Shown here: in pieces, positions 52,501 to 62,452 of the stretch
Layout: each line of letters opens with the position of its first letter
How positions within the stretch are numbered: the first letter of the stretch is position 1
NCBI GenBank assembly: GCA_043228905.1
Contig: JBHGNT010000007.1
Span: 8,432,001-8,496,000 of the forward strand
DNA: 64,000 nt
DNA from: Azolla caroliniana
Taxonomy: Eukaryota > Plantae > Polypodiophyta
Direction of reading: 5' to 3'
Translations under genes and position numbers: made by a program
The notes under the pieces: model-generated
Told to the model about the DNA's origin: nothing
Databases searched by the model: none
What the model saw: only the letters and a program-made list of their open reading frames with translations

Positions 52501-54703
52501 GATACACTCATGCCTTTGTTCCAAAGTGCTGCGCTTGACCATGGACATGTAGACCAGCCAAGTGAGTCTCAAAGGGATAAAAATTTCCAGCAAATAAGTG
52601 TTGAAAATGCACGAAATGTCCAACCAAATGTGGCTGAAAATGAGCATGAAATTCAGCCCACGCATGATGTACATATTGAAGATGTATTACATAATGAACG
52701 TATGGCTATCGAGAGGTCACAAACTATGCCGAGGTGGCTGAAACAAACTTTGCAAGATAGCAAATTGAGTGCACCTTTACTTGGTAAAACAAGATCAAGC
52801 TCTCGCCATGCATCAGGTAATTTTGTGGATTATTCTATTGTTGCAATAGCATGTAATGAGGAGCCACTTACTTTTGAAGATGCATGTGATGATCCACATT
52901 GGATGAGTGCTATGCAATCAGAAATGGATTCCATTCATAAAAATGGTACTTGGGAGTTATGTGAATTGCCAAAAGGAAAGAATGTGATTGGTACTAGGTG
53001 GGTTTACAAGATTAAACGAAAGCCCGATGGTAGTATTGATCGCTACAAAGCTAGATTGGTTGCCAAAGGATATGCCCAACAATATGGCATTGATTATGAG
53101 GAAACTTTTGCACCTACTTCACGCATGACTACCATTCGTACCGTGGTTGCATTGGCTGCCCAAAGAGGTTGGAAAATGCATCAATTGGACATAAAAACAG
53201 CCTTTTTAAATGGTGATTTGCAAGAAGAGGTTTATGTGAAGCAACCTCCTGGATTTGCTACGAAAGAGAAAGAGCATATGGTTTGTCGCTTGCATAAGGC
53301 CTTGTATGGTCTCAAGCAAGCTCCGCGTGCATGGTATGAAAAAATCCATAAGCACTTGATTTCTCTTGAAAGCACACTTTATGTACGCAAAGATGGGGCT
53401 GATCTTCTAGTGCTCGTTCTTTATGTTGATGACATACTCTTGACTGGGTCATGTGATGCAAAACTCGATTTTCTTATGGCTGATTTGCAGCATACTTTTG
53501 AAGTCACTTATCTTGGACTTTTGAGCTATTATCTTGGCATCCAGTTTGTATCCGTTGAGGGGGGAATGTTTATGCATCAAGGAAAGTATGTTGAAAAACT
53601 ACTTCAGCGTTTTGACTTTGAGGATTGCAAGCCGGTTTATACACCTGTGGAGATAGGATTTAGGTTCTCTGTTGAGGATTCTAGTGATGCGTTTGATACT
53701 TCTCTTTATCAACAAGCTGTGGGATGTCTTATATATGCATGCAATACAAGGCCGGATATACAGTATGCAGTCTCCCAATTGAGTCGATTCATGCATAGCC
53801 CTGGCACTAAGCATTGGCAAGCAGTGAAACGTGTGTTCAGATATCTTAGAGGCACTTTGAGCTTGGGTCTCTTTTATGGCAGAGATACTCAGCCATGCTT
53901 GCATGCTTTTACAGATAGTGATTGGGCTGGTTGTTATGATACTCGCGTGTCCACTAGTGGTAATTGCTTTTTCTTTGGAAACTCATGTATATCTTGGTTG
54001 AGTAAAAAGCAACCTATAGTGGCGACATCAAGTTGTGAAGCTGAGTACAGGGCAGTTTTCACAGCTACAGTGGAGTGTATATGGCTAAGACGCCTTTTGA
54101 TGGATCTTTGCATGGAGATTGAAGTTGCTACACGTATTCTCACAGATAGTCAGAGTGCATTGGCTGTTGCACGAAATCCTGTATTTCATGCACGGACCAA
54201 ACACATTGAGGTGCATTATCACTATGTGAGAGAGCGCTTTCATGCAGGAGATATTGATTTGGTATATGTGCCTACACAAGATAACGTGGCAGACATATTC
54301 ACCAAAGCTCTTCCACGAGAAAAGTTTGAAGCTTTTCGCAAAGCTTTAGGCTTATTGCCTTGTGGGGGCTGATCTGTCACTCCTTGTACATGTTCACATC
54401 ATTCGCTCCAGGGGGGTTTGTTACACTTGCGTGTTCCTCTAGTAGCTTTGATGTGAACCATTTTCCCTATACATGGGCACTTTTTACTCTAGTGCTGGCT
54501 AGAGGTTTTTTCCCCATGTTACCACATACATGAGTCACTCATATGTGGTGGTACTTAGTACTTAGGGATATATATTTCAGCTCCTATTTTTTTTTTAGGA
54601 ACATTCATCAATAGAGAGCTATTCCAGCCATTGCCTTCCTTGTGTGAGTGCTTCTTTCTTTGAGCTTCTTGTGTGTTTCCTACTCTTCCTCACATACCCA
54701 ACA
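49552..54703 (+). mobile_element. Full-length young Copia element (Copia-4)
   Basis: LTRs at 49552-49835 and 54419-54703, apparently differing only by one T in a homopolymer run. TSD ATGAA. PBS TGGTATCAGAGCC at 49837; G-rich PPT before 54419. Confidence 0.97.
50122..54372 (+). CDS. Copia-4 Gag-Pol polyprotein, 1416 aa from the first ATG
   Basis: One open frame: CKYCRKVGHTIEEC, WFFDSGAS, integrase HSDVCGP/TDRGGEY, RT LYVDD, RNase H TDSDWAG/HARTKHIEV. Confidence 0.96.
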   Translation: MANNGDLFGMLQAEDKLDGTNYPMWSYMMKHVLVAKQLWNIVVDVDRRPAGPTTSQSTITDTGSSSSTVTSSTPPTQEQLRWDGKDAQAHALIALSVKRHIVPHIRSCSTSKQAWDTLASLYAVRNEARVAYLRKQLEDVYMAENESVDVYVTRIKDLKEQLANIDEIISNTSLVSTLLKGLPESFQSFATTIRLVAKGNTDMYAFDEVVSLLLQEEQSRVNRSGLIEGTQALAISQKGKGKHGSAFGSSKPKPQPPSFTYSSNDGDLQKKKRCKYCRKVGHTIEECRKLVKRNEKKKESGMTISENVSSAKSDEANMAQDYWACVVTYHYDASLHSKCMVVSEIDSDWFFDSGASKHITSCKSFFASLKDAPKGGHVVCANNASYPIIGVGEIELSAANGGVVILKNVLYVPGIKKNLISVPLIAKAGLHVHFVDDKCMVHDYSNGDVIVMSGTLCNGLYRLDTYKRASLNALAVHTSSMAEMELWHARFGHLNFNSLLHLQKKDMVIGLPTLESIEKHACEGCILGKMHRASFPKDSHTHTTRKLQLVHSDVCGPVKTPSFGKHVYFVTFIDDATRHTWVYPMKAKNEVFSCFKSFLAMAENFSANKLLTLRTDRGGEYMSHEFNAFLCERGILHQCTVPYTPQQNGVAERKNRTLLEMARCMVKGKHLPNKFWMEAVMCANYVLNRCPTKALRVITPYEAWNGHKPMVSHMRVFGCLAYALVPSQQRHKLDDKAKKCIFVGYSAESKGYRLYHPLTDTIIVSRDVVFAENSAFPFLECKKQPTVSSQDVFDTLMPLFQSAALDHGHVDQPSESQRDKNFQQISVENARNVQPNVAENEHEIQPTHDVHIEDVLHNERMAIERSQTMPRWLKQTLQDSKLSAPLLGKTRSSSRHASGNFVDYSIVAIACNEEPLTFEDACDDPHWMSAMQSEMDSIHKNGTWELCELPKGKNVIGTRWVYKIKRKPDGSIDRYKARLVAKGYAQQYGIDYEETFAPTSRMTTIRTVVALAAQRGWKMHQLDIKTAFLNGDLQEEVYVKQPPGFATKEKEHMVCRLHKALYGLKQAPRAWYEKIHKHLISLESTLYVRKDGADLLVLVLYVDDILLTGSCDAKLDFLMADLQHTFEVTYLGLLSYYLGIQFVSVEGGMFMHQGKYVEKLLQRFDFEDCKPVYTPVEIGFRFSVEDSSDAFDTSLYQQAVGCLIYACNTRPDIQYAVSQLSRFMHSPGTKHWQAVKRVFRYLRGTLSLGLFYGRDTQPCLHAFTDSDWAGCYDTRVSTSGNCFFFGNSCISWLSKKQPIVATSSCEAEYRAVFTATVECIWLRRLLMDLCMEIEVATRILTDSQSALAVARNPVFHARTKHIEVHYHYVRERFHAGDIDLVYVPTQDNVADIFTKALPREKFEAFRKALGLLPCGG

Positions 54704-55172
54704 ATGAACTCCGGATCATCCAATTAAAACCGGCTTGAGGACACAAGGACTTACCCGGTTGAAAACCGAATGACACTCTACCTACCGACCGGAGAACAAG
54801 AAGAAGAAGAAGACATGGGAACCGGACAAGATCCCGAATCAGATTCGGATTCGGAACAAACAGAGGAACCGGTAGTCAGTAACCAAGGACGGAGGAACTG
54901 ATTGTCATTGGTTGTATTTCTTCTTGTGAAAACAATATTCGAGTAGTACTATTTAATTTTCCTAAAGATATAAACTATCTCGCGAGTAGACTATGTTTCC
55001 ATACATCCAAACAATTGAAGGAATACATGTCATGGATTATATTTCTTCACTATTCTCATTGGTTAGATTTGTTGGTGTGAATACAATATTAGAGTAATAC
55101 TATTTAATTTCCCTAAACATTTAAACTTTCGATTTAATTTTTATAATTAGTTTCAAAATTAACTTTTGTCAA

Positions 55173-55254
55173 GTCACTTTGGCCGAGTGGTTAACGCGTG
55201 GGCCTACTAAGTATATGGAGTCTCCCCGAGAGAGTTCGAATCTCTCAGGTGACG
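55173..55254 (+). pseudogene. tRNA-Ser-derived copy (anticodon mutated to ACT)
   Basis: 82 nt with A box TGGCCGAGTGG and B box GTTCGAATC; mismatches in the stems. Confidence 0.8.
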
Positions 55255-56648
55255 ATTTCATGGAAGAAAATGTTTCCATACATGCAAAAAATTGAAATGA
55301 TACACGAGATCGTGTTGAATGATTTGTATCAATATTGTCATTGGTTGTATTTTTTGGTGTGAAAACAGTATCAGAGTAGTACTATTTAATTTCCATAAAC
55401 ATTAAAACTTTCTCTCGAGTAGACTGTGCTTCCATACATCCAAAGAATTGAAGGAATACATGTAATTGCTTCGAAAGATTTTTTGTCACCATTGTCATTG
55501 GTTAGATTTCTTGGTGTGAAAACAATATCAGAGTCGTACTATTTAATTTCCCTGAACATTTAAAGTTTCTATTTTCCTTTTATAAGTAGTTTGCATCTAT
55601 GTTTTATTAAGTCACGTTGCCCGAGTGGTTAAGGCTTGTGCCTGCGAAGTACATGGCGTCTCCTCGTGAGATTTCGAATCTCGTAGCTGATGACTTATTC
55701 CAAGATTGTGTTTCCATACATCTAAAGAATTGAAGTGATACATGTGATTGCCGCAAAAGATTTTGTGTCACTATTGTCATTGGTTATATTTCTTGGTGTG
55801 AAAACAATATCGGAGTAGTATTATTGAATTTCCCTAAACATTTATACTTTCTCGTGAGTAGACTGTGTTTCCATACATCCAAAGAACTAAAAGGATACAT
55901 GTGATTGCTTAGAAAGATTTGTGTCACTATTGTCATTGGTTGTATTTCTTCGCGGGAAAACAATATTGGAGTACTACTATTTAATTTCCCTAAACATATA
56001 AAATTTCTCGCGAGTAGATTGTGTTTCCATACATCCAAAGAATTGTAGGGAAAGATGTCATTACTTCGAAAGATTTTTCTTCACTATTGTCATTGGTTAT
56101 ATTTCAGGGTGTGAAATCAATATCGAAGTAGTAAAATTTAATTTCCTTAAACATTTAAACTTTCTCGTGAGTAGACTGTGTTTCCATACATCCAAAGAAC
56201 GGAAAGGATGCATGTGATTGCTTTGAAAGATTTGTGTCACTATTGTCATTGGTTGTATTTCTTCGTGGGAAAACAGTATTGGAGTAGTACTATTTAATAT
56301 CCCTAAACATATAAACTTTCTCACGAGTAGATTGTGTTTCCATACATCCAAAGAATTGTAGGGATACATGTCATTACTTCAAAAGATTTTTATTCACTAT
56401 TGTCATTGGTTATATTTCTTGGTGTGAAATCAATATCGAAGTAGTATAATTGAATTTCCCTAAACATTTAAACTTTCTCGCGAGTAGACTACGTTTGCAT
56501 ACATCCAACGAACGGAAAGGATGCATGTGATTGCTTTGAAAGATTTGTGTCACTATTGTCATTGGTTATATTTCTTGTTGTGAAAACAATATCGGAGTAG
56601 TACTATTTAATTTCCCTTAATTTTATAACTAGTAATTAATTTTATTAA

Positions 56649-56730
56649 GTCACTTTGGCCGAGTGGTTAAGGCGTTTGCTTGCTAAGTACATGGGTTCTC
56701 CCCGCGAGAGTTCGAATCTGTCAGGTGCCG
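56649..56730 (+). tRNA. tRNA-Ser(GCT)-like, probably a pseudogene
   Basis: A and B boxes intact, GCT anticodon; mismatches in acceptor, anticodon and T stems. Confidence 0.6.
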
Positions 56731-56890
56731 ACTTCTTGCAATACTGTGTTTCCATTGGTTGGTGTCACTATTGTCATTGGTTGTATTTGTTGGTGTGAAA
56801 ACAATATCGTAGTGGTACTATTTAATTTCCGTAAACATTTAAACTTTCGATTTAATTTTTATAACTAGTCTCAAATTTGATTTTTGTCAA

Positions 56891-56972
56891 GTCACTTTGG
56901 CTGAGTGGTTAAGGCGTGTGCCTGCTAAGTACATGGGGTCGCCCTGCGAGAGTTCGAATCTCTTAGGTGACG
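56891..56972 (+). tRNA. tRNA-Ser(GCT)-like, among the best-preserved copies
   Basis: GTCACTTTGGCTGAGTGGTTAAGGCGTGTGCCTGCTAAGTACATGGGGTCGCCCTGCGAGAGTTCGAATCTCTTAGGTGACG; close to plant cytosolic tRNA-Ser(GCT). No adjacent oligo-T terminator. Confidence 0.65.
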
Positions 56973-59098
56973 ACTTCATGGGAGAATATTTCCATTAATG
57001 CAAAAAACTGAAACGATACACGTGATAGCGTAAAATGACTTGTATTAATATTGTCATTGGTTGTATTTCTTGGTGTGAAAACAATATTGGAGTAGTACTA
57101 TTTAATTTCCTTAAACATTTAAACCTTCTCGCAAGTAGGCTGCGTTTCCATACATTCAAAGAATTGAAGGAATACATGTAATTGCTTGGAAAGATTTTTT
57201 GTCACTGTTGTCATTGGTTATATTTCTTGGTGTGAAAACAATATCGGAGTCGTACTATTTATTTTCCCTAAACATTTAAAGTTTCTATTTTCTTTTTATA
57301 AGAAGTTTCAATTTACGTTTTATCATGTCATGTTGGCCGAGTGGTTATGGCTTGTGGCTGCTATGTAAATTGCATCTCCTCGTGAGAGTATTGGTGTGAA
57401 AACAGTATTAGAGTAGTACTATTGAATATCCCTAAACATTTAGACTTTCTAACGAGTAGACTGTGTTTCCATACATCCAAAGAACTGAAAGGATACATGT
57501 AATTGTTTAGAAAGATTTGTGTCACTATTGTCATTGGTTGTATTTCTTCGTGCGAAAACAATATTGTAGTAGTACTATTTAATTTCCCTAAACATATAAA
57601 CTTTCTCGCAAGTAGACTGTGTTTCCATACATCGAAAGAATGGAAAGGATGCATGTGATTGCTTCGAATGATTTGTGTCACTATTGTCATTAGTTATATT
57701 TCTTGGTGTTAAAACAATATCAAAGTAGTACTATTTAATTTCTCTAAACATTTAAACTTTCTCACGAGTAGGCTGTGTTTCCATACATCCAAAGAATTGA
57801 AGGAATACATGTAATTTCTTCGAAAGATTTTTTGTCACTGTTGTTATTGGTTAAATTGCTTGGTGTGAAAACAATATCGGAATTGTACTATTTAATTTCC
57901 CTGAACATTTAAAGTTTCTATTTTTTTATTAAGTAGTTTCAATTTACATTTTATCAAGTCACGTTGGCGGTGTGGTTAAGGCTTGTATTTGCTATGTACA
58001 TGGCGTCTCCTCGTGAGAGTTTGAATCTCGTAGTTGACAACTTATTGCAAGATTGTGTTTCCATACATCTAAAGAATTGAAGTGATACATGTGATTGCTG
58101 CAAAAGATTTTGTGTCACTATTGTCATTGGTTATATTTCTTGGTGCGAAAACAGTATCGGAGTAGTACTATTTAATTACATTTAGACTTTCTAGCGAATA
58201 GACTGTGTTTCCATACATCCAAAGAATTGAAACCATACATGTGATTGCTTCGAAAGATATGCGTCACTATTGTCATTAGTTATATTTCTTGGTGTGAAAT
58301 CAATATTGAAGTAGTACTATTTAATTTCCCTAAACATTTAAACTTTCTCGCGAGTAGGGTGTGTTTCCATACATCCAAAGAACGGGAAGGATGAATGTGA
58401 TTGCTTCGAAAGATTTGTGTCACTATTGTCATTTGTTATATTTCTTGGTGTGAAAACAATATCGGAGTATTAGTATTTAATTTACCTACACATTTAATTT
58501 CCCTTAATTTTATAACTAGTGTTAATTAAGTATATCACGTCACTTGGCCGAGTGGTTAAGGCGTGTGCCTATAAAGTACATGGGGTCTCCCTGTGAGAGT
58601 TCGAATCTCTTAGGTGACGACTTCTTGCAAGACTGTGTTTTCATACATCCAAAGAATTGAAGGGTTACATGTGATTGCTTCGATAGATTTTTTGTCACTA
58701 TTATCATTGGTTATATTTGTTGGTGTGAAAGCAATATCGGCGTAGTAATATTTAATTTCCCTACACATTTAATTTCCCTTAATTTTATAACTAGTGTTAA
58801 TGAAGTATATCACGTCACTTGGCCGAGTGGTTAAGGCGTGTGCCTGCAAAGTACATGGGGTCTCCCCGCGAGAGTTCTCACCTCTTAGGTGACGACTTCT
58901 TGCAAGTCTGTGTTTTCATACATCCAAAGAATTGAAGGGGTACATGTGATTGCTTTGATAGATTTTTTGTCACTATTATCATTGGTTATATTTGTTGGTG
59001 TGAAAGCAATATCGGCGTAGTAATATTTAATTTCGCCAAACATTTATATTTGTTGGCGTTAAAACAATATCGTGGTAGTACTATTTAATTTTTGTCAA

Positions 59099-59180
59099 GT
59101 CACTTTGGCAGAGTGGTTAAGGCGGGTGCTTGCTAAGTACATGGGGTCTCCCCGCGAGAGTTTGAATCTCTCAGGTGATG
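59099..59180 (+). pseudogene. tRNA-Ser(GCT)-derived copy
   Basis: 82 nt; B box mutated to GTTTGAATC. Confidence 0.75.
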
Positions 59181-59599
59181 ACTTCATGGTAGACAAAGCA
59201 TCCATACATGCAAAAAATTGAAACTATACCGTGATCGCTTAGAATGATTTGTATAAATATTGTGATTGGTTATATTTCTTGGTGTGAAAATAGGATCGAA
59301 TTACTACAATTTAATTTTCCTAAATATTGTGGTGTCCCTTTCATTCAAGAGCATGCATTTGAACACACCACTCTTTTAGCCACTCCCGTTTAGCACATCA
59401 CCCATTTTAGTCCACCCTTTTAGCACACCATTTTGGGACACGTGTAGCTAGGCCGTCCCAAAATGGGTCCTTTGTATCTTCTATATATTGAATGATAAGT
59501 ATGAAGCTAGCTAGGTTGGTTTGGTTTCCTTTTATGTGCATTTCACATAATTGGTGGAGATGCGAGCTCAAATTTTAGCCATTACTACCTTGTTCATGG

Positions 59600-61818
59600 C
59601 ATCCTAATTTTTGTTTACCGGCCAGACAATCAGTGCACTTCTCCAAGTGCACGTTCTTCATTGGAATGAGGTTCTCGTCTGCAAGCCTCTTCATCCCCTT
59701 GTCGCTCATGTGACACAGCTCACCGGCAGTGTTGGATGCCACGTTCACTTCCTCCGGACATAACCAGGCATTCATCAGGTACAATGTGTTTACCGTCCGG
59801 GCCCGAGCCACAATCAGGCTCCCTTTGCTGAACTTCATCACACCGTTCCGGATGCTACCCGTGTAGCCTTCATCATCTAGCCGACCGGCTGATATCAGGT
59901 TCAGACGAACCTCTGGAACGTGTCAGACATCCTTCAACATCATCTTGCATTCGGTTGGTGTTGTCAGCCACACGTCTCCTATGCCGACAATTCGGCATGT
60001 ACCTTCATTCCCCATTCGGACACAGCCGTGATCAACGGCTGAGTAGGATGAGAAGCATTTCCGGTCCGGGGTAAGGTGGAATGACGCTCCGGAGTTGACC
60101 ACCCAGGTCATCTCGTCACCGGCAAGGTTTATCTCACTCTCCTTGGTGATGGGCATCAACTCTTCTTCACTTGCTGCGATTGCCGTTGTTCCCTTCCGGT
60201 CTTTACCGTTCCGGTCCGGTGTCCGCTTCGAATCCGTACCGTCGGTTTCCTTGTCTTTATGGAAATGCCGACAGTTCTTCTAGAAATGTCCCGGCTTGCC
60301 GCAATAGAAGCAAGTAGGCCTCCCTCTTGACTTTGACCGTGTCCCCGACTTTACCCGGTTCTGGGGACTACGGTTTCTATGTCTTCCGCGTTCCGATTTG
60401 GTAAGGAGCGCTTTGGAGTCTGAGCTCGTATCCTTATCTTTCGGACGCACCTCCTCATCTAGCAAGCTCGACTTCACTCTTGCTAGGGATAACCGTTTCC
60501 CTTCCGGCCTGGCGTTGCCCAAGGTGAACGTCTCCCAGCTATCTGGGAGGGAACCGAGCAGGAGTAGTGCTAGTACCTCATCGGCAAGAGGTACTTCCAA
60601 TGATGTTGCATGGTGGATCAGCCCCTGGAAGGCATTCATGTGCTCCGCCATGCTGGAGCCATCTTGGTACCGGAGTCTCACTAGCTTCCGGAATACCGAA
60701 ACCTGATTAACAACATTTTTGTTTTGAAACATAATGTCGATCTTCTCCCAGAGCTCATGAGCCTTGCTCTCTTCATTGAAGTTGTTGTATAGGCTCATGT
60801 CGATGAAGCACCGTATGTACGCCGTTGTCTTCATGTGCATCACCTCCCATATTGTGGCGTCGATTTTGTCCGGTCTCTTGTCCCCAAACTGAACCGGCAA
60901 CCAAAGATCTTTAACCATGAGCATGTCGCTCATCTTCGACTTCCACACCGAATAGTTGGAGCCGGTGAGCTTGAACATGCCTCCCAACGAATTGTCCATT
61001 TTCTGTGTCGTTTTGCTCTGATACCACTTTGACAGGAACTGCACGCTCCGATGAACACCGCTCGGCCACAACCGAGTCTAAGATCAAACACAGAAAACGG
61101 GAATGAAAGCACGACACAAAGGAGAGAAGACAACACAGGATGTTTACGTGGAAAACCCAAACTCAAGAAAAAACCACGGCAGCCCATAGACCACAAACTA
61201 CCACTATATCAGAATGTACAACAAGAAAGCACCGAGGCCACGACCTCGAGCTTGCTATCTTCGCCACAGGCGGTGGTTACAATCAGAGGAAACGACCTCT
61301 TCCTCTCTCTCACTCTCTCTGTACACAGTTTCACTCTCTAATCTTGCGCCAACAAGAACGACAACATCTCTCTCAAAAGTTTGCCCTAAGTCATATTTAT
61401 ACTAATATGACTTTTCGGCTATTTACAAATATAGCCACGATGGACTCTCAGAAACATATTTACGAATATTTCTCTTCATCCGGTGAGTACTCCTCACCGG
61501 GCCTGCATCATCCGGCTCTCCGTAGCTGGGTACTCGTCATCTGGTTCTCACCGGGTCTGCAACATCCGGCTCTCCGTAGCCAGGTACTCGTCATCCAGTT
61601 CTCACCGGGTCTGCAACATCCGACTCTCCATAGCCGGGTACTCGTCATCCGGTTCTCATCGGGTCTGCAACATCCGGCTCTCTGTAGCCGGGTACTCGTC
61701 ATCCGGTTCTCATCGTCTTCCGTAGTTGGGTATTCCTCATCCGGTTTTGGCCTTGGCCGAGTTTGCTCATCAATATTGTTCTTCTAACTTCCCATCCGGA
61801 GGGACCTGTTTCCTAATA
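59600..61818 (-). mobile_element. 5' part of a Copia-3-family element within the satellite: LTR 61030-61818, PBS 61015-61026, gag from 60999, PR
   Basis: Gag is highly similar to that at 39578 onward (MFKL.GSNYSVWKSK, MKTTAYIRCF). The LTR is homologous to 38874 and 47035. Truncated before the integrase core. Confidence 0.9.
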
Positions 61819-62452
61819 ATTAGTTCGAAAGATTTTTCTTCAATATTGTCATTGGTTATATTTCTTGGTGTGAAATCAATATCGAAGTAGTAGTATTTAA
61901 TTTCCGTAAACATTTAAACTTTCTCGCGAGTAGACTGTGCTTCCATACATCCAAAGAACGGAAAGGATGCACGTGATTGCTTGGAAAGATTTGTGTCACT
62001 ATTGTCATTGGTAATATTTCTTGTTGTGAAAAGAATATCGGAGTAGTATTATTTAATTTCCCTTAATTTCATAACTAGTAATTAAGTTTATCAAGTCACT
62101 TTGGCTGAGTGGTTAAGGTGTGTGCCTGCTAAGTACATGGGGTCTCCCTGCGAGAGTTTGAATCTCTCAGGTGACGACTTCTTGCAATATTGTGTTTACA
62201 TACATCCAAAGAGTTGAAGGGTTACATGTGATTGCTTCGAAAGATTCTTTGTCACTATTGTCATTGGTTGTATTTGTTGGTGTGAAAACAATATCGTGGT
62301 GGTACTATTTAATTTCCCTAAACATTTAAACTTTCGATTTAATTTGTATAACTAGTTTTAAATTTAATTTTTGTTAAGTCACTTTCGCCGAGTGGTTAAG
62401 GTGTGTGCTTGCTAAGTACATGGGGTCTCCCCGTGATAGTTAGAATCTCTCT
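61819..62452 (+). repeat. Continuation of the tRNA-Ser-containing satellite (copies at 62095-62176 and 62378 to about 62452, the latter truncated)
   Basis: Same monomer sequence and same tRNA-like insert as at 54898-59327. Confidence 0.92.

Larger units (their letters stand above)
38874..54897 (+). mobile_element. Degenerate Copia element (Copia-3): 5' LTR 38874-39548, gag-PR 39578-40688, resuming at 48464-49551 and 54709 to about 54897, then truncated
   Basis: LTR TGTTGGG…TCTTCA with an (AG)n run; PBS TGGTATCAGAGC at 39552. The coding sequence joins across both nested insertions (KDVRHV | SEVRLNLIS; integrase tail). Confidence 0.88.
54898..59327 (+). repeat. AT-rich satellite of 156/157-bp monomers with nine interspersed tRNA-Ser-derived copies
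   Basis: CTATTGTCATTGGTT recurs at 55771, 55927, 56084, 56240, 56397 and 56553. tRNA-like copies start at 55173, 55611, 56649, 56891, 57327, 57958, 58539, 58814 and 59099. Confidence 0.95.

Noticed and set aside
55784-57690. Repeated minus-strand ORFs (…LDVWKHSLL…)
   Set aside because: Translations of satellite monomers with frequent stops; no evidence of coding constraint.
54898-59327. CRISPR-like appearance of the recurring conserved blocks
   Set aside because: The intervening sequence is also repeated, so there are no unique spacers, and no cas genes are present. It is a satellite.
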